This document shows positions 1 to 9,619 of a DNA stretch of 64,000 bases, piece after piece. Under the pieces are notes generated by a model. That model saw nothing but the letters and a program-made list of their open reading frames with translations, did no database searches and was not told the DNA's origin. The translations under genes and the position numbers were made by a program. The stretch lies in NCBI GenBank assembly GCA_037441385.1, contig JBBISH010000011.1, forward strand, positions 22,830 through 86,829, given 5' to 3'. Source of the stretch: Myxococcales bacterium (GTDB taxonomy: Bacteria > Myxococcota_A > UBA9042). The number at the start of each line of letters is the position of its first letter. Position 1 is the first letter of the stretch.

Positions 1-30
1 TTGGTCGGGCACGCGCCGCAGCGGGTCGCG

Positions 31-1326
31 CTACACGTCGCTCTGGCCCAAACGATTGCGCAAAAGGATCGCGGCGACGAACCCGGCCGCCAGCACCGCC
101 GCGCCAAACAGCATGGCCAGCACGGGGCCCAAGTCGCCGCTGCTGCTCTGGAAGGCCTTGCCGATCCACAGCTCTTGCACGACTGAGCCGGCCGAGCCCA
201 GGCCCGAGATGATGCCCGCCGCTCGCACCGCACCGCCGCCCTTGCCGATGTCCATCGCGCCAGCGCCGGTCAGCAGCGCATCGGGCCCAAACAGCGTAAA
301 GCCGACCAGGCCTATGCAAACCGCGAACATGGTGACCGACGCGCCGCCCAAGGTGAACAGCAGCCCGGTCGCGCCGATATTGGCCACCAGCATCCACATC
401 GAGATGCCCGCCCGGCGGCCGCCGAAGAGCTTGTCCGACAGCCAACCTGTGGCAATCACACCGGCAATTCCGCAGAGATCGAAAAGAGTAGACAAATAAC
501 CGGCCTGGTCACCGGGGAGCTTGAAGTTGTTCTGCAGCACGTACGGTGCCCAGGACCACAGCGCGTACCGGATGAATTTCAAACAGAAGTAGGTCAGGCC
601 CACCAGCACCACACTCGTCCACGTGCCGGCGGACCACTTGCTGTCGCTGCCGTCGCTGTCGTCGCTGGCGCCCTCGCTGTCGTCCACTACGGCGGGCAGA
701 CCAACGTCTTCTGGTCGGTTGGCCTGGTTGAAGTAAAAGACCGCCAGGATGCCCAGCATCACCGCCGATCCGGCCCAGAACGCCCAGGTCCAGCCCATGC
801 GCGCCAAGACAAACGCCGCCAGCGCGTTGGCAAAAACGCCGCCGAACTGAAAGTTGGTCGACCACAAGCCCATGACTCGGCCGCGCTCGTCGCGGCGGAA
901 CCACATCGCCATGGTGCCCACGTTGCTGGACCAGCCGGTAGCTTGGGCAAAGCCGTTGACGGCCATCAGGCCAATGAACACGGCGAGACCACTGGACAAC
1001 CCCAGCGCAATACCACACGCGGCGGTCACGCTCATGCCCACCAAGAGCATCTTGCGCGGCCCGACCCGCGGTCCCACGCCACCGGCCAGGAACTGCCCCG
1101 CAGTGTACGCGAGCAAGTAACTTGCGTAGATCAATGCAAGATCTGCCGTTCCAAACTGCAGTGCGTCGCCCAGATCCTTCTTGACAATCGAGTACGGCTT
1201 GCGACAAATGTAGAAGCCGATGTACGACAGCCAGGTCGCACCGAACACCCGATAGCGCCACATTTTCAGGCGCTGCGCCACCTTCGGGTCGACATGCAGG
1301 GGCGGCAGTTTGGACAGTGCGCTCAC
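31..1326 (-). CDS. MFS transporter, organophosphate:Pi antiporter (GlpT/UhpC-like) family
   Basis: About 12 hydrophobic segments; N-terminal 'Y.GFYICRK.YS' and 'W FRRDERG..MGLWS' motifs typical of GlpT/OPA; 'GWLSDKL' MFS loop motif. Confidence 0.85.
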   Translation of the reverse strand: MSALSKLPPLHVDPKVAQRLKMWRYRVFGATWLSYIGFYICRKPYSIVKKDLGDALQFGTADLALIYASYLLAYTAGQFLAGGVGPRVGPRKMLLVGMSVTAACGIALGLSSGLAVFIGLMAVNGFAQATGWSSNVGTMAMWFRRDERGRVMGLWSTNFQFGGVFANALAAFVLARMGWTWAFWAGSAVMLGILAVFYFNQANRPEDVGLPAVVDDSEGASDDSDGSDSKWSAGTWTSVVLVGLTYFCLKFIRYALWSWAPYVLQNNFKLPGDQAGYLSTLFDLCGIAGVIATGWLSDKLFGGRRAGISMWMLVANIGATGLLFTLGGASVTMFAVCIGLVGFTLFGPDALLTGAGAMDIGKGGGAVRAAGIISGLGSAGSVVQELWIGKAFQSSSGDLGPVLAMLFGAAVLAAGFVAAILLRNRLGQSDV

Positions 1327-1341
1327 AGGTGCCTCACGGAG

Positions 1342-3633
1342 CTATTTCTTGGGTTTGCCGCCCTTGGCCTGCGCCTGACCCTTGGGCGGCACCGGCTTGC
1401 CAGCGGCCAGCGCGTCGGCCACTTCTTGGCGCCGCTCGGCCTCTTCCTTGTCGGCCTGCGCCAACGCTGCCAGCGCCTTGGCCTTTTTGGCCTGGTACGC
1501 CGCTTCTGCCCGCCGCTCCGCTTCTTCCGCGTCCAGATCGTGCACGCCGGCCGCGGCGTCCTTGATCCACTGCTCGTCTGTCTCGGCGCGCAAGTAGCTG
1601 CCTTCTTTGGGCAACTCCAGCACACCCATCTCAACGCTTTGCTCCGAGGCGACCAGGTACGGCTCCGTCTCGATCGGCATTTGGCTCAAGTCCAACACCG
1701 CCGTGCCCTCGCCCTGGGCCGCCTTGAGCCTTTCAGCCCACTCCAGATCGCGCTTTTGCTCCACGTCCAAGTCTAGCACCCAGCCCACCATGTGCGGATA
1801 AGTAGCGATCTCGTCCCAGCTTTTCAGCGGGAACTGCGTGCGCCACAGCAGCGTGGCCTGCTTGGCCTCCACGTCGATGACCAGCGTGTCCAGCTTCAGG
1901 TCCTGGCGCTCGACGCCGTTGCCGCGATCCAGCTCGCCAGTCAGCACTTTGCCGGGCAATTTGAACCACATCGTGCCGTTCTTGGTCAGGTTCGTCAGGG
2001 TCACGGGCTCGTCGCCGCGCAAGTCGGGCCACTGCATCTGCATCGCCGCGGCGTTGTAGAACCCGGCCTTGATCGGCTCGGGCGGCGGCTGGTTGCCCAT
2101 CGCCTGCAAAATGCGCACTTGCTCTTCGTCTTCCAAGTCCAGGCTGCGCTGGTACTCCTCCATCGCCTTCTTCACACTCGCCATGGCCGACGGCGGCGGT
2201 CCAAACAACTGCACCCGCGGCCGGGCATGGCGCGGAAACGTGCCAAACCCATAGGCAAATGGCACTTCGTTCAGCCGGACCACGTCGCGGATCAGGTCCT
2301 GCGGCGTCAGTGGCGCGTCCGGGTGTTCGATTTGCGGCAGCTCTAGCCGCTGCAGCAGTGCGCGGTGGTTGCCCAGGCAAAACCCCTTGCCGTACGGGTT
2401 GGTAGGGCACAGCACCTGCGGGTACTGCGCCAGCGCCGCGTCGATCGCCTTTTGCCGCTCGATCTCCGCCTTCTCGCGCGCCGACTTGCCGGCCTCGTCC
2501 TGTTCGGCCAATTTCGCCCGCAGCTCGGCGGGCCAAGTCTCGGGATCGCCCTCGGGGATCGCGTCCAGATCCAGCACTTGCGTGCCGTCGCTGCTCTGGA
2601 CCGACTCGCGGGCGCGCTTCTTGGCCGCCTCGGCCAGAGCCAGCGCGTCCTTCTCGGCCTGCAACCCCGCTTCTTTCTTGGCCTTCTCCCATTCTTCGTC
2701 GCTCAGTAGTTCGGCGCCGTCGTCGACCTCGATCCACTCGCCCTCGGCGTTCTTGCGCAGCTTCTGCTTCTTCGCTTCGCGCTCGCGCTCGACCTGCTCT
2801 TCAGCCTCGCGACGCATTTTAGCCGCCATCTCGGCCAGTTCCGCCTTGTCCAGCTCTTCCAGGCTCAGCACCGCGGTGCCGTCGTTGCTGGCGGCAGCGT
2901 TCCACAAACGTACGCCCTCGTCGTCAAACCCTTCGGACCCATCCCCGAATTTCAGCTTTTCGGCCTTGGCGGACTCGGTCTTGCTCTGCAATAGCGCCGC
3001 GATCTCGTCTTCCTTGGCCTTCTTGGCGGCCTCTTTGGCCTTTTGCGCCTTCTTGGCCTCGGCCGCTTTCTTCTTGTCGGCGTTCTCTGCGTCGATGACT
3101 TCTTGGATCTGGCTGGCGCGCTTGAGCTCTGCGTCGTCTTGGATGAACCACGACTTGCCGCCATAGGCGTGCAGATACGAGAGGTTCAGCTCTTTGATCG
3201 CTTCGGGCTCGCTGAACTTGGGCAACTGCGGCACCAGTTTCTGATTCTCTTTGCGGGGCGGCTGCCACAGCGCCTTGCGGGGTCCCCAAATCCGAAGCCG
3301 CTCCAGGCGGCTCCCCACCTGCACGGCACACTCAAAGCTGGCTGCCGCCTTGCCACCGGGAGCATAGGCCTTGCCCACCACGATCACGTCGACCTTGGGC
3401 TTTTCGGGCACCAGGTCCGACTCCACCGTGGGCGGCGCCTTGTCGGGCTTGCCTTCGTCGCAGCGGTCCTGTTCCAGAATCGGCGGTTGCTCTTCGTCGG
3501 GCAGCGGCACCAGCACGGCGCTGTCCGCGGCGATCGTGTAGGTGCGCCGGGCAATCAACGTGATCGCCAGCGCGCCGCTGGGTCGCTCTACGGGCAACAA
3601 GTGCACCCAATAGCCTTTGCGCAACTCGGCCAT
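1342..3633 (-). CDS. DUF2169-family protein (T6SS/PAAR accessory fold) with a large charged insertion and charged C-terminal tail
   Basis: 'ESDLVPEKPKVDVIVVGKAYAPGG', 'LSYLHAYGG', 'NPYGKGF', 'LPQIE', 'LRGDEPVTLTNL', 'LDTLVID...LLWR' match DUF2169 by eye; about 250 aa of K/E/A-rich sequence separates the two halves. Confidence 0.8.
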   Translation of the reverse strand: MAELRKGYWVHLLPVERPSGALAITLIARRTYTIAADSAVLVPLPDEEQPPILEQDRCDEGKPDKAPPTVESDLVPEKPKVDVIVVGKAYAPGGKAAASFECAVQVGSRLERLRIWGPRKALWQPPRKENQKLVPQLPKFSEPEAIKELNLSYLHAYGGKSWFIQDDAELKRASQIQEVIDAENADKKKAAEAKKAQKAKEAAKKAKEDEIAALLQSKTESAKAEKLKFGDGSEGFDDEGVRLWNAAASNDGTAVLSLEELDKAELAEMAAKMRREAEEQVEREREAKKQKLRKNAEGEWIEVDDGAELLSDEEWEKAKKEAGLQAEKDALALAEAAKKRARESVQSSDGTQVLDLDAIPEGDPETWPAELRAKLAEQDEAGKSAREKAEIERQKAIDAALAQYPQVLCPTNPYGKGFCLGNHRALLQRLELPQIEHPDAPLTPQDLIRDVVRLNEVPFAYGFGTFPRHARPRVQLFGPPPSAMASVKKAMEEYQRSLDLEDEEQVRILQAMGNQPPPEPIKAGFYNAAAMQMQWPDLRGDEPVTLTNLTKNGTMWFKLPGKVLTGELDRGNGVERQDLKLDTLVIDVEAKQATLLWRTQFPLKSWDEIATYPHMVGWVLDLDVEQKRDLEWAERLKAAQGEGTAVLDLSQMPIETEPYLVASEQSVEMGVLELPKEGSYLRAETDEQWIKDAAAGVHDLDAEEAERRAEAAYQAKKAKALAALAQADKEEAERRQEVADALAAGKPVPPKGQAQAKGGKPKK

Positions 3634-3873
3634 CGCCGCCTCCAGGGCGGCAGGTTAGCTGGGGTCGCGCCCGCCGTCTACCGCCTTGGGCCGATGCGGC
3701 CCTGCTCGCTGAATCGTTGGCCGCGCCAGCCGTTGTACGACAGACGGCCGCCGGACTCGCGGCAGGATCTTGACGCCGCTGCGAAATCCGGCACCGTGTT
3801 CCTGTTCTGCGCCGTGTCGTCCAGCTGGACCACCCGCCGGACGTGCGCCGCCGCTTGCGGCAAAAGAGGTTCG

Positions 3874-4878
3874 ATGCCGGTACGCGCCCCATTCCTAGCG
3901 ATTCTTGCGGGTTGTCTTGCCCTTCCCGCTGCCGTCTGGGCCGCCGATCCCCCACCTGCCGGGCCCGCGGCCGACGCACCTGCGGCCGACGCACCTGCGG
4001 CCGGGGCGGATATCGCGCTGCTCGAGTCGGTGGTCAAAGCCAAAGGCCGCGACCGAGCTGCTGCGGACGAGGTCGCCAAAACCCTGACGCGTATTGCGCA
4101 AATTCACGACGCCAAGGGCGATGCCAAGGCGGGCAACCAAGCGCGGCAACGGCTCGTCGACTGGTTCGACTCGCTGGGGCTGCCACGCGACGGCGCGCCG
4201 CCCGCGCAGCTCACGGCTGAGGCGCGACTGAAGCTGCTGGACCCGCACCTGGCCAAAGAAATGGCCCGCAAGCTGGTCGAGGGCGGCAAACCGGTGGTCG
4301 ATAGCCGAAAGGCCCTGGAGTCTTGGCAAGATGCCGTGGTCGGTCCCCTGAAAGAAGCCCGCGCCCCCAAGGGGATCCCGCTGGTCGAGCAGCTGGAAAA
4401 GGTACGTGAGTACAAGGCACTGGCGCCGGCGAAGCTGGCTTCGCTCAAGCAAGGCCGCCTGCTGTTGGCGCTGGCCGCTGAAGCCGCGGCGGTGGGCGCG
4501 CTGGAGACGGGCGACGGCCAAGCCTTCTGGATCGAAATCGGCAAGGTGTTCCGCGACCAAGCGGCCGCGGCCCTGGAGAAGGGTTGGAAAGAAACCGACG
4601 TGGCCGGTCAGCGCGACGCCGTGGCCTTCGAGATTCGCGGCGAGCTCAGCAAGCTCAAGCCGGCTGAGTACCCGCCGCTCGACTCGATCCAAGAGGAGAC
4701 TCTGACCCCACAGCAGCAAGAAGCCAGCAAGCTCGCAGCATTGGCCCAGCGCGCGGCCAAGCCGGCGCTCAAGGTCATGTACCTCAAGAAAGCGCTGGCA
4801 CTGGACCCGAACAACGGCAAGCTCAAGGAATTGCTGCGTTCGGCAGAGGCCGAGCTGGCCAAGGAAGGCGGCGGCTAG
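3874..4878 (+). CDS. Secreted helical, TPR-like hypothetical protein
   Basis: ATG 3874 opens a signal peptide (MPVRAPFLAILAGCLALPAAVWA); AADAP repeats; C-terminal 'YLKKALALDPNN' TPR-like segment. Confidence 0.65.
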   Translation: MPVRAPFLAILAGCLALPAAVWAADPPPAGPAADAPAADAPAAGADIALLESVVKAKGRDRAAADEVAKTLTRIAQIHDAKGDAKAGNQARQRLVDWFDSLGLPRDGAPPAQLTAEARLKLLDPHLAKEMARKLVEGGKPVVDSRKALESWQDAVVGPLKEARAPKGIPLVEQLEKVREYKALAPAKLASLKQGRLLLALAAEAAAVGALETGDGQAFWIEIGKVFRDQAAAALEKGWKETDVAGQRDAVAFEIRGELSKLKPAEYPPLDSIQEETLTPQQQEASKLAALAQRAAKPALKVMYLKKALALDPNNGKLKELLRSAEAELAKEGGG

Positions 4879-4907
4879 GCCGTGCCCCAAATCATGGGCG
4901 CTGGCGT

Positions 4908-5546
4908 CTACCCCGGTTGTCCTGCCAGGGCGTCCACTTCGCGGCGCACGCCGTCGAAGGCTGCGGTGGCGGCGTCGATGGCCTGGCCGGCTGTTTGCAC
5001 CATTGCTGCTACGGAATCGCGCGCCACCGCCTGATCATAGGCCTCGAGCACGGCTTTGAGGTGCAGCACCACCTCGGCGTCGTGGGTCAGGGGGCGCAGC
5101 ACCAGCGCCGCCCGCACCAGCGCCTGGATCAACTCGAACAGCGTCAGCTCGGACCACTGGCTGCCGTACTTGGCGGCGGCAAAGCGCCCTTGTGTCTGCG
5201 CAGCCAGGCGCCACAGAACCTCGTCGGCGCCAGCGGCTCGCAGAGGCAGCTCTCGCAAAGCACCGTATGGATTGCGAATTGCCTGCGCAGCGGCCTCGAC
5301 GGCCGCCGCCCGCTGCTGCCATACGTCAACGTCGCTGCGAAGCGCCGCCCGTTGGCACGCATCCCGCAACCCCACGGCTTGGGTCAGGATTTGCGCCGTG
5401 GTCAGGCGCACGGCCGCGATCTGGGCGGCCGCGCACAGGACGTCGTCGGCATCGCCTAGCGGCACACCGGCGGCGGCCACCTGCAGGTCGGCCTGCGCCT
5501 GAGCCAGGGCCGCGGAAAACGCGATTGTCTCTGTAGGAATGCTCAC
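4908..5546 (-). CDS. Hypothetical helical protein
   Basis: GTG start preceded by AAGGAG; Ala-rich ORF co-oriented with the upstream genes. Confidence 0.55.
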   Translation of the reverse strand: MSIPTETIAFSAALAQAQADLQVAAAGVPLGDADDVLCAAAQIAAVRLTTAQILTQAVGLRDACQRAALRSDVDVWQQRAAAVEAAAQAIRNPYGALRELPLRAAGADEVLWRLAAQTQGRFAAAKYGSQWSELTLFELIQALVRAALVLRPLTHDAEVVLHLKAVLEAYDQAVARDSVAAMVQTAGQAIDAATAAFDGVRREVDALAGQPG

Positions 5547-5600
5547 TTCAGTCTCCTTCGCGGCGCGGAAGCGCTTGGGCGCCCGCGGCCCGGTCCTGGC

Positions 5601-6776
5601 TTACGGCCCAAACACGCCGTCTTCCGGGGTCAGCATGCGCGGTCGGGGCCGCGGCGGCGGCGGGGGCCTGGGCACTTGCCCGTCCATGGCGTTGCGGTAC
5701 TCCGTCTCGGCTCGGCGCATCTCCACGATCTGCAGGGACGCCAGCCACGCCAGCGCCAGGGCCAAAAGAACCAGCAGGACCAAGGTGTTGCGACGCACAC
5801 GCCAGCCGGCAGGCACGTCCTCCTCTTGGCTCAGCCCACGCAACTGGTGCAGCGCGGCCCTGACGCGGACGTCAGTGGTCGGCCCCTGCGCCGGCTGACC
5901 GGGCCGAGAAAACGGCGTGGCGGCGGGCAGTGGCGCAGGCAAAGCCTTGAACCACGGCTCGGTTGGCAGCCAGGCCGCCAACTCCAGCGTGGGCGAGCCT
6001 CGCAGCCACGCGGCCACCACACTGTGCTCGCCCAGGCTCACCCGCGGCGCGGCCGAAGACGCTTGGCGCAACGCGTCGACCAGGCCCGCAAGCCCGGCAA
6101 TTCGCTTGGATTCATCCGGATCGCGGCACTGCGTCAGCCACGGTGCCCAGTCCAGCGGCGGCTCGCCCAAGCAATGCGCCAGGCACGCCGCAAATTGGAA
6201 CACGTCGGTCGCGGCCGTGGGCCATTTCCCGGCGGCCAGTTCGGGGGCAGCTTCTGGCAGCACCACGGGCCACGGCAGCGCGCTCTGTGCCGCCACCACC
6301 TGCAATTGCTGCGAAAGTCCAGCATGCAGCAGAACCAGCGGCGCCTGGCCGTCGTGGCCAACCGGGCAGACCACCAAGTTCGGCAGATCGATCGACCCCG
6401 CCACCAACCCTTGGGCGTGCAGAGCCAGCAGGGCCTGGCCCAGGTCCGCGAAGAGCGCCGCCGCCGCCTTGAACGAGACGCGCGGCGCCTTGGCCAGCAC
6501 CGCCGCTAGCGAGGGACCCGTGGGGGCCCGCGCGTGACGCGCCGTAGTGCCCGCGTCCGCCTCTAAGGGAGCATACGCCAAGACGCTTGGATGGTTCGCA
6601 GCCAGCCAGCGCTGCGCCACTGCGGCCGTCTCGTCGGCAGCGTTCGGCGGGACTTTCCACTTTTCAATAAGTTGCAGTGGGCCGCCCTGGCCATCGTCGA
6701 CCAAGCTGACCCGCCCCCACGGCTCGTGGCGCAGCGAGTGCACTTGCACTGCGGGCAGCGGGCGCGCCTTGTTCAC
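5601..6776 (-). CDS. Membrane-anchored Ser/Thr protein kinase-like protein, probably a pseudokinase
   Basis: GTG 6776 overlaps the aldolase stop (GTGA); kinase subdomain remnants 'LLALHAQGLV', 'APELAAG', 'ATDVFQFA'; HRD and DFG absent; C-terminal TM helix. Confidence 0.65.
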   Translation of the reverse strand: MNKARPLPAVQVHSLRHEPWGRVSLVDDGQGGPLQLIEKWKVPPNAADETAAVAQRWLAANHPSVLAYAPLEADAGTTARHARAPTGPSLAAVLAKAPRVSFKAAAALFADLGQALLALHAQGLVAGSIDLPNLVVCPVGHDGQAPLVLLHAGLSQQLQVVAAQSALPWPVVLPEAAPELAAGKWPTAATDVFQFAACLAHCLGEPPLDWAPWLTQCRDPDESKRIAGLAGLVDALRQASSAAPRVSLGEHSVVAAWLRGSPTLELAAWLPTEPWFKALPAPLPAATPFSRPGQPAQGPTTDVRVRAALHQLRGLSQEEDVPAGWRVRRNTLVLLVLLALALAWLASLQIVEMRRAETEYRNAMDGQVPRPPPPPRPRPRMLTPEDGVFGP

Positions 6777-7576
6777 GGCCTTTGGCTCAGCGCTCGCAAA
6801 ACTTCTTGGACCAAGCGGGCTTCTAACTCGCCGGTCGCAGGCGGATCCAGGCGGCGCGCCGCCGGCGGCTCGGGCGGCGGACAGGCGTTCGTCTCGCAGC
6901 GGTAGGGCGGCGGCACGGGTCGCGCCAAGTCGAACAGCCGGTCGACCTCGCCGGTCTGGATCGGCGGCGCACCACCCAACATCTTGACCATGCAGGCAAT
7001 ATTCGCCGTGTGTTCCAGGGCGTCCAGGCGGGCCAGGGCCAGGTCCAGCGTAGCCCCCACCGTCACCGAGCCATGGCGCGGCATGATGATGCAGTCGTAG
7101 CACGCCACATAATCACCAAGCACCTCGGGAACTTGTGTCGTAGTCGGCGTGGTGTACGGGGCGGTGGCGATCTGCCCGACCGCAAAAATCACCTCGCTGA
7201 CCAGGGGCTCAGACAGCTTGCCGCCAGCCAAGGTATAGGCAATGGCCAGCGGCGGGTGCGCGTGGATGACCGCGCCGATGTCGGGCCGACGCGCATAGCT
7301 GATCAGGTGGAGGCCCAACTCGCTGGACGGCTTGAGCGATTTTCCATCCGGCGCCTTGCCGGGCGTGCCGATGACCCGGCCGGCCGCGTCGACCACCAGC
7401 ATGTCCGCGGGCGTCAGCCGCCCCTTGTGGACCCCCGACGGCGTGGTCACGAATCGATCTTTTCCTAGCCGAATCGAGAGGTTGCCGTCCATGGCTCCGG
7501 ACAGCTTGCGCGCATAGATTTCGCGCGCCGCCTCGGCCAATTGACTCCGCGCCGCCCGCTCGTCCAGATTCTGCAT
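6773..7576 (-). CDS. Class II aldolase/adducin family protein with a C-terminal encapsulation-peptide-like helix
   Basis: 'DGNLSIRL', 'TPSG', 'PSSE..LH', 'AVIHAHP', 'HG' Zn-binding motifs; Pro-rich linker followed by 'ELEARLVQEVLRAL'. Confidence 0.9.
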   Translation of the reverse strand: MQNLDERAARSQLAEAAREIYARKLSGAMDGNLSIRLGKDRFVTTPSGVHKGRLTPADMLVVDAAGRVIGTPGKAPDGKSLKPSSELGLHLISYARRPDIGAVIHAHPPLAIAYTLAGGKLSEPLVSEVIFAVGQIATAPYTTPTTTQVPEVLGDYVACYDCIIMPRHGSVTVGATLDLALARLDALEHTANIACMVKMLGGAPPIQTGEVDRLFDLARPVPPPYRCETNACPPPEPPAARRLDPPATGELEARLVQEVLRALSQRP

Positions 7577-7600
7577 GGTGGCCCCAACCCCTTGTGGATC

Positions 7601-8080
7601 CTAGCGGTCTCTGGCCGCGTCCATCGGCTTGGCGTCAAAGCGCTTGGCGTCGATTTTCCAGCGCGGAAGCAGACAGTATTTGTCCAAAAGCAAGTACTTG
7701 GCCTCGCATTGCCGCGCCATCGGGATGTCGTAGCCCTTGCTTTTGTCGTCGCCGGGCCGCCGCACCCGCACGCGCGCCTCGCCCACGGCGTCGTGCTCCA
7801 CGCTCACGATGTTCTCGGTCGCCAGGTAGTAGTAGGGATGGCGCGGACTTTTGCTCAAATCCTCACCGCGCGACAGCGCCATCACGGCCGAAACCAGCCC
7901 GCGCGAGTCGTCGGTAAAGCCATCCAAAAAGCCCTCTTCGTCCCCCAGGGTGGCGCAGGCCACGGTGCGCAGCAGCGATTGGTCCGGCTTCTCGTCAAAC
8001 TGCCAATACCAAACGCCAAAGAGCGCCGCGATCAGCAGCAGCAGGACCAGGATGGCGATCAGGACCTTCTTCACGCACAA
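7601..8080 (-). CDS. Membrane-anchored hypothetical protein (NTF2/DUF4878-like C-terminus)
   Basis: N-terminal TM helix; C-terminal 'A.VRV...PM...WKID' pattern; true start may be the GTG two codons in. Confidence 0.6.
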   Translation of the reverse strand: MCVKKVLIAILVLLLLIAALFGVWYWQFDEKPDQSLLRTVACATLGDEEGFLDGFTDDSRGLVSAVMALSRGEDLSKSPRHPYYYLATENIVSVEHDAVGEARVRVRRPGDDKSKGYDIPMARQCEAKYLLLDKYCLLPRWKIDAKRFDAKPMDAARDR

Positions 8081-8113
8081 CTCCGAATTCGGCCGGCCGA
8101 TTCGCGCCGCGGG

Positions 8114-8605
8114 CTACTTCTCGCGCACGCGGATGGCGGCGTTGAACGAATCCATGTCCAACAGCGCGATTTTCCACCGCCCTTCGACCAACTGCATGGG
8201 CACCATCAGGTTGCCCCGGCTGCCCTTGCCCTTGACCCACACCTTGGCCACCGTGGGCTCCGCCTCGACCTTGACGACTTCGCCCGCCGGCAAGACCGTG
8301 GGCGGCGGCTTGCAGGTGACAAAGACCGTGAATTGCCCTGTGGAAGTGCGCCCCACCTCCGGCGCCGCTTGGATCAGCTTGGCGGCCTTGGGCTCCACAT
8401 AGCGGGCCAGTTCGCCAAGCCCGTCTTGCAGCCGCTCTTTGTCGCCGCACGGGATTTTGCCCAGGGCGTTCAGGGCATCGCGGGCGTTCTGCAGCACGGT
8501 TTCAGGGGGTTCGCGGCACGCGCTCGTCGCCAGCGCCGCGGCGATCACCAGCGCGATCGGCCACCGGCGCAGTATTTCGCTTGGAACTGTCAAGAGTTTC
8601 GTCAT
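8114..8605 (-). CDS. Lipoprotein, NTF2/DUF4878-like, resembling the downstream gene
   Basis: ATG 8605; lipobox-like TSAC; 'AKVWV...PMQLVEGRWKI'. Confidence 0.6.
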   Translation of the reverse strand: MTKLLTVPSEILRRWPIALVIAAALATSACREPPETVLQNARDALNALGKIPCGDKERLQDGLGELARYVEPKAAKLIQAAPEVGRTSTGQFTVFVTCKPPPTVLPAGEVVKVEAEPTVAKVWVKGKGSRGNLMVPMQLVEGRWKIALLDMDSFNAAIRVREK

Positions 8606-8795
8606 CGGGGTCGCAACTCGGCAGCGCTCGGCGTTGTGCAGCCCTGGGCCCCCCATGGGCGCAAATCGGGCCACGCTATCGGCGCTAGTGTGACGCAGGC
8701 GGGCAAAACCGCAACACGCCGGGCGACGTTTTGGCCAAATCGCGCTATCCTTGCGCCGTCCACCGAGTTGGTTCGGTTCGCTTGCGGTAGCGCTC

Positions 8796-9605
8796 ATGGA
8801 TTGGCTTGTCGACCTCGAAAGTCCCGAACTAGTCGGCCCTTCGTCCTGGTCGCCCGCGTCCATCGTCGCTCCAAGCAGCGCAGCCCAAGCCTCTACGCCC
8901 AAGGGCCGCCGGCGGGTCAAGGCCGTGCCCGCCTCGCCTTCGGTCGAACTGCGCGGCGAGCCCGCGACCAGCAGCGCCCGCTTCGTGGCCATCGCCGGCA
9001 ACATCGGGGCGGGCAAGTCGACCATGACCAAGCTGCTTGCCGACAGCTTCAGCATCCAGCCCTTCTACGAGCCCAACGACAACAACCCGTATTTGAAAGA
9101 CTTCTATGCCGACATGGGGCGCTACGCCTTCCACAGCCAGATGTACTTCTTGTCGGCCAAGTTCCGCGCGCACCTCGAGTTGGGCAAGTTGCTCGCGGCC
9201 GAGCCGCGCACGGTGTTCGTGCAGGACCGCACCATCTACGAAGACGCCGAGATCTTTGCCCGCACGCTGCACACCACCGGGATCATGAGCGAGCGCGATT
9301 TCGCCACGTACCAGTCGATGTACTGCGCCATTCGCGACAGCCTGCCCAAGCCGGACCTGCTCATCTACTTGCGCTGCTCGCTCAAGGGCCTGCGCAACCG
9401 GATCGCCAAACGCGGTCGCCCCGAAGAGCAGGCCATGGACCCCAAGTACTTGAAGTCGCTGCAAGACTCGTACGACGACTGGTTCCAGCGCTACGATCTG
9501 GGCCCAACGCTGGTCATCGAGACGGATCGCCTGGACTATCTGCGCAACTGGGTCGATCGCGCCGAGCTCGAAGGCGCTCTAGCCCGCATCGTCGCCCGCT
9601 CCTGA
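8796..9605 (+). CDS. Deoxynucleoside kinase (dAK/dCK/dGK family)
   Basis: P-loop 'GNIGAGKST', 'EP...NPYL.DFY', 'QDRTIYED', 'R I.KRGR'; start codon uncertain. Confidence 0.92.
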   Translation: MDWLVDLESPELVGPSSWSPASIVAPSSAAQASTPKGRRRVKAVPASPSVELRGEPATSSARFVAIAGNIGAGKSTMTKLLADSFSIQPFYEPNDNNPYLKDFYADMGRYAFHSQMYFLSAKFRAHLELGKLLAAEPRTVFVQDRTIYEDAEIFARTLHTTGIMSERDFATYQSMYCAIRDSLPKPDLLIYLRCSLKGLRNRIAKRGRPEEQAMDPKYLKSLQDSYDDWFQRYDLGPTLVIETDRLDYLRNWVDRAELEGALARIVARS

Positions 9606-9619
9606 TCGTCTCGAACCTG

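Noticed and set aside
8607..8680. Short match (cgcaactcggc) to the reverse complement of the 145-bp repeat
   Set aside because: Only about 11 bp in GC-rich DNA; could be chance
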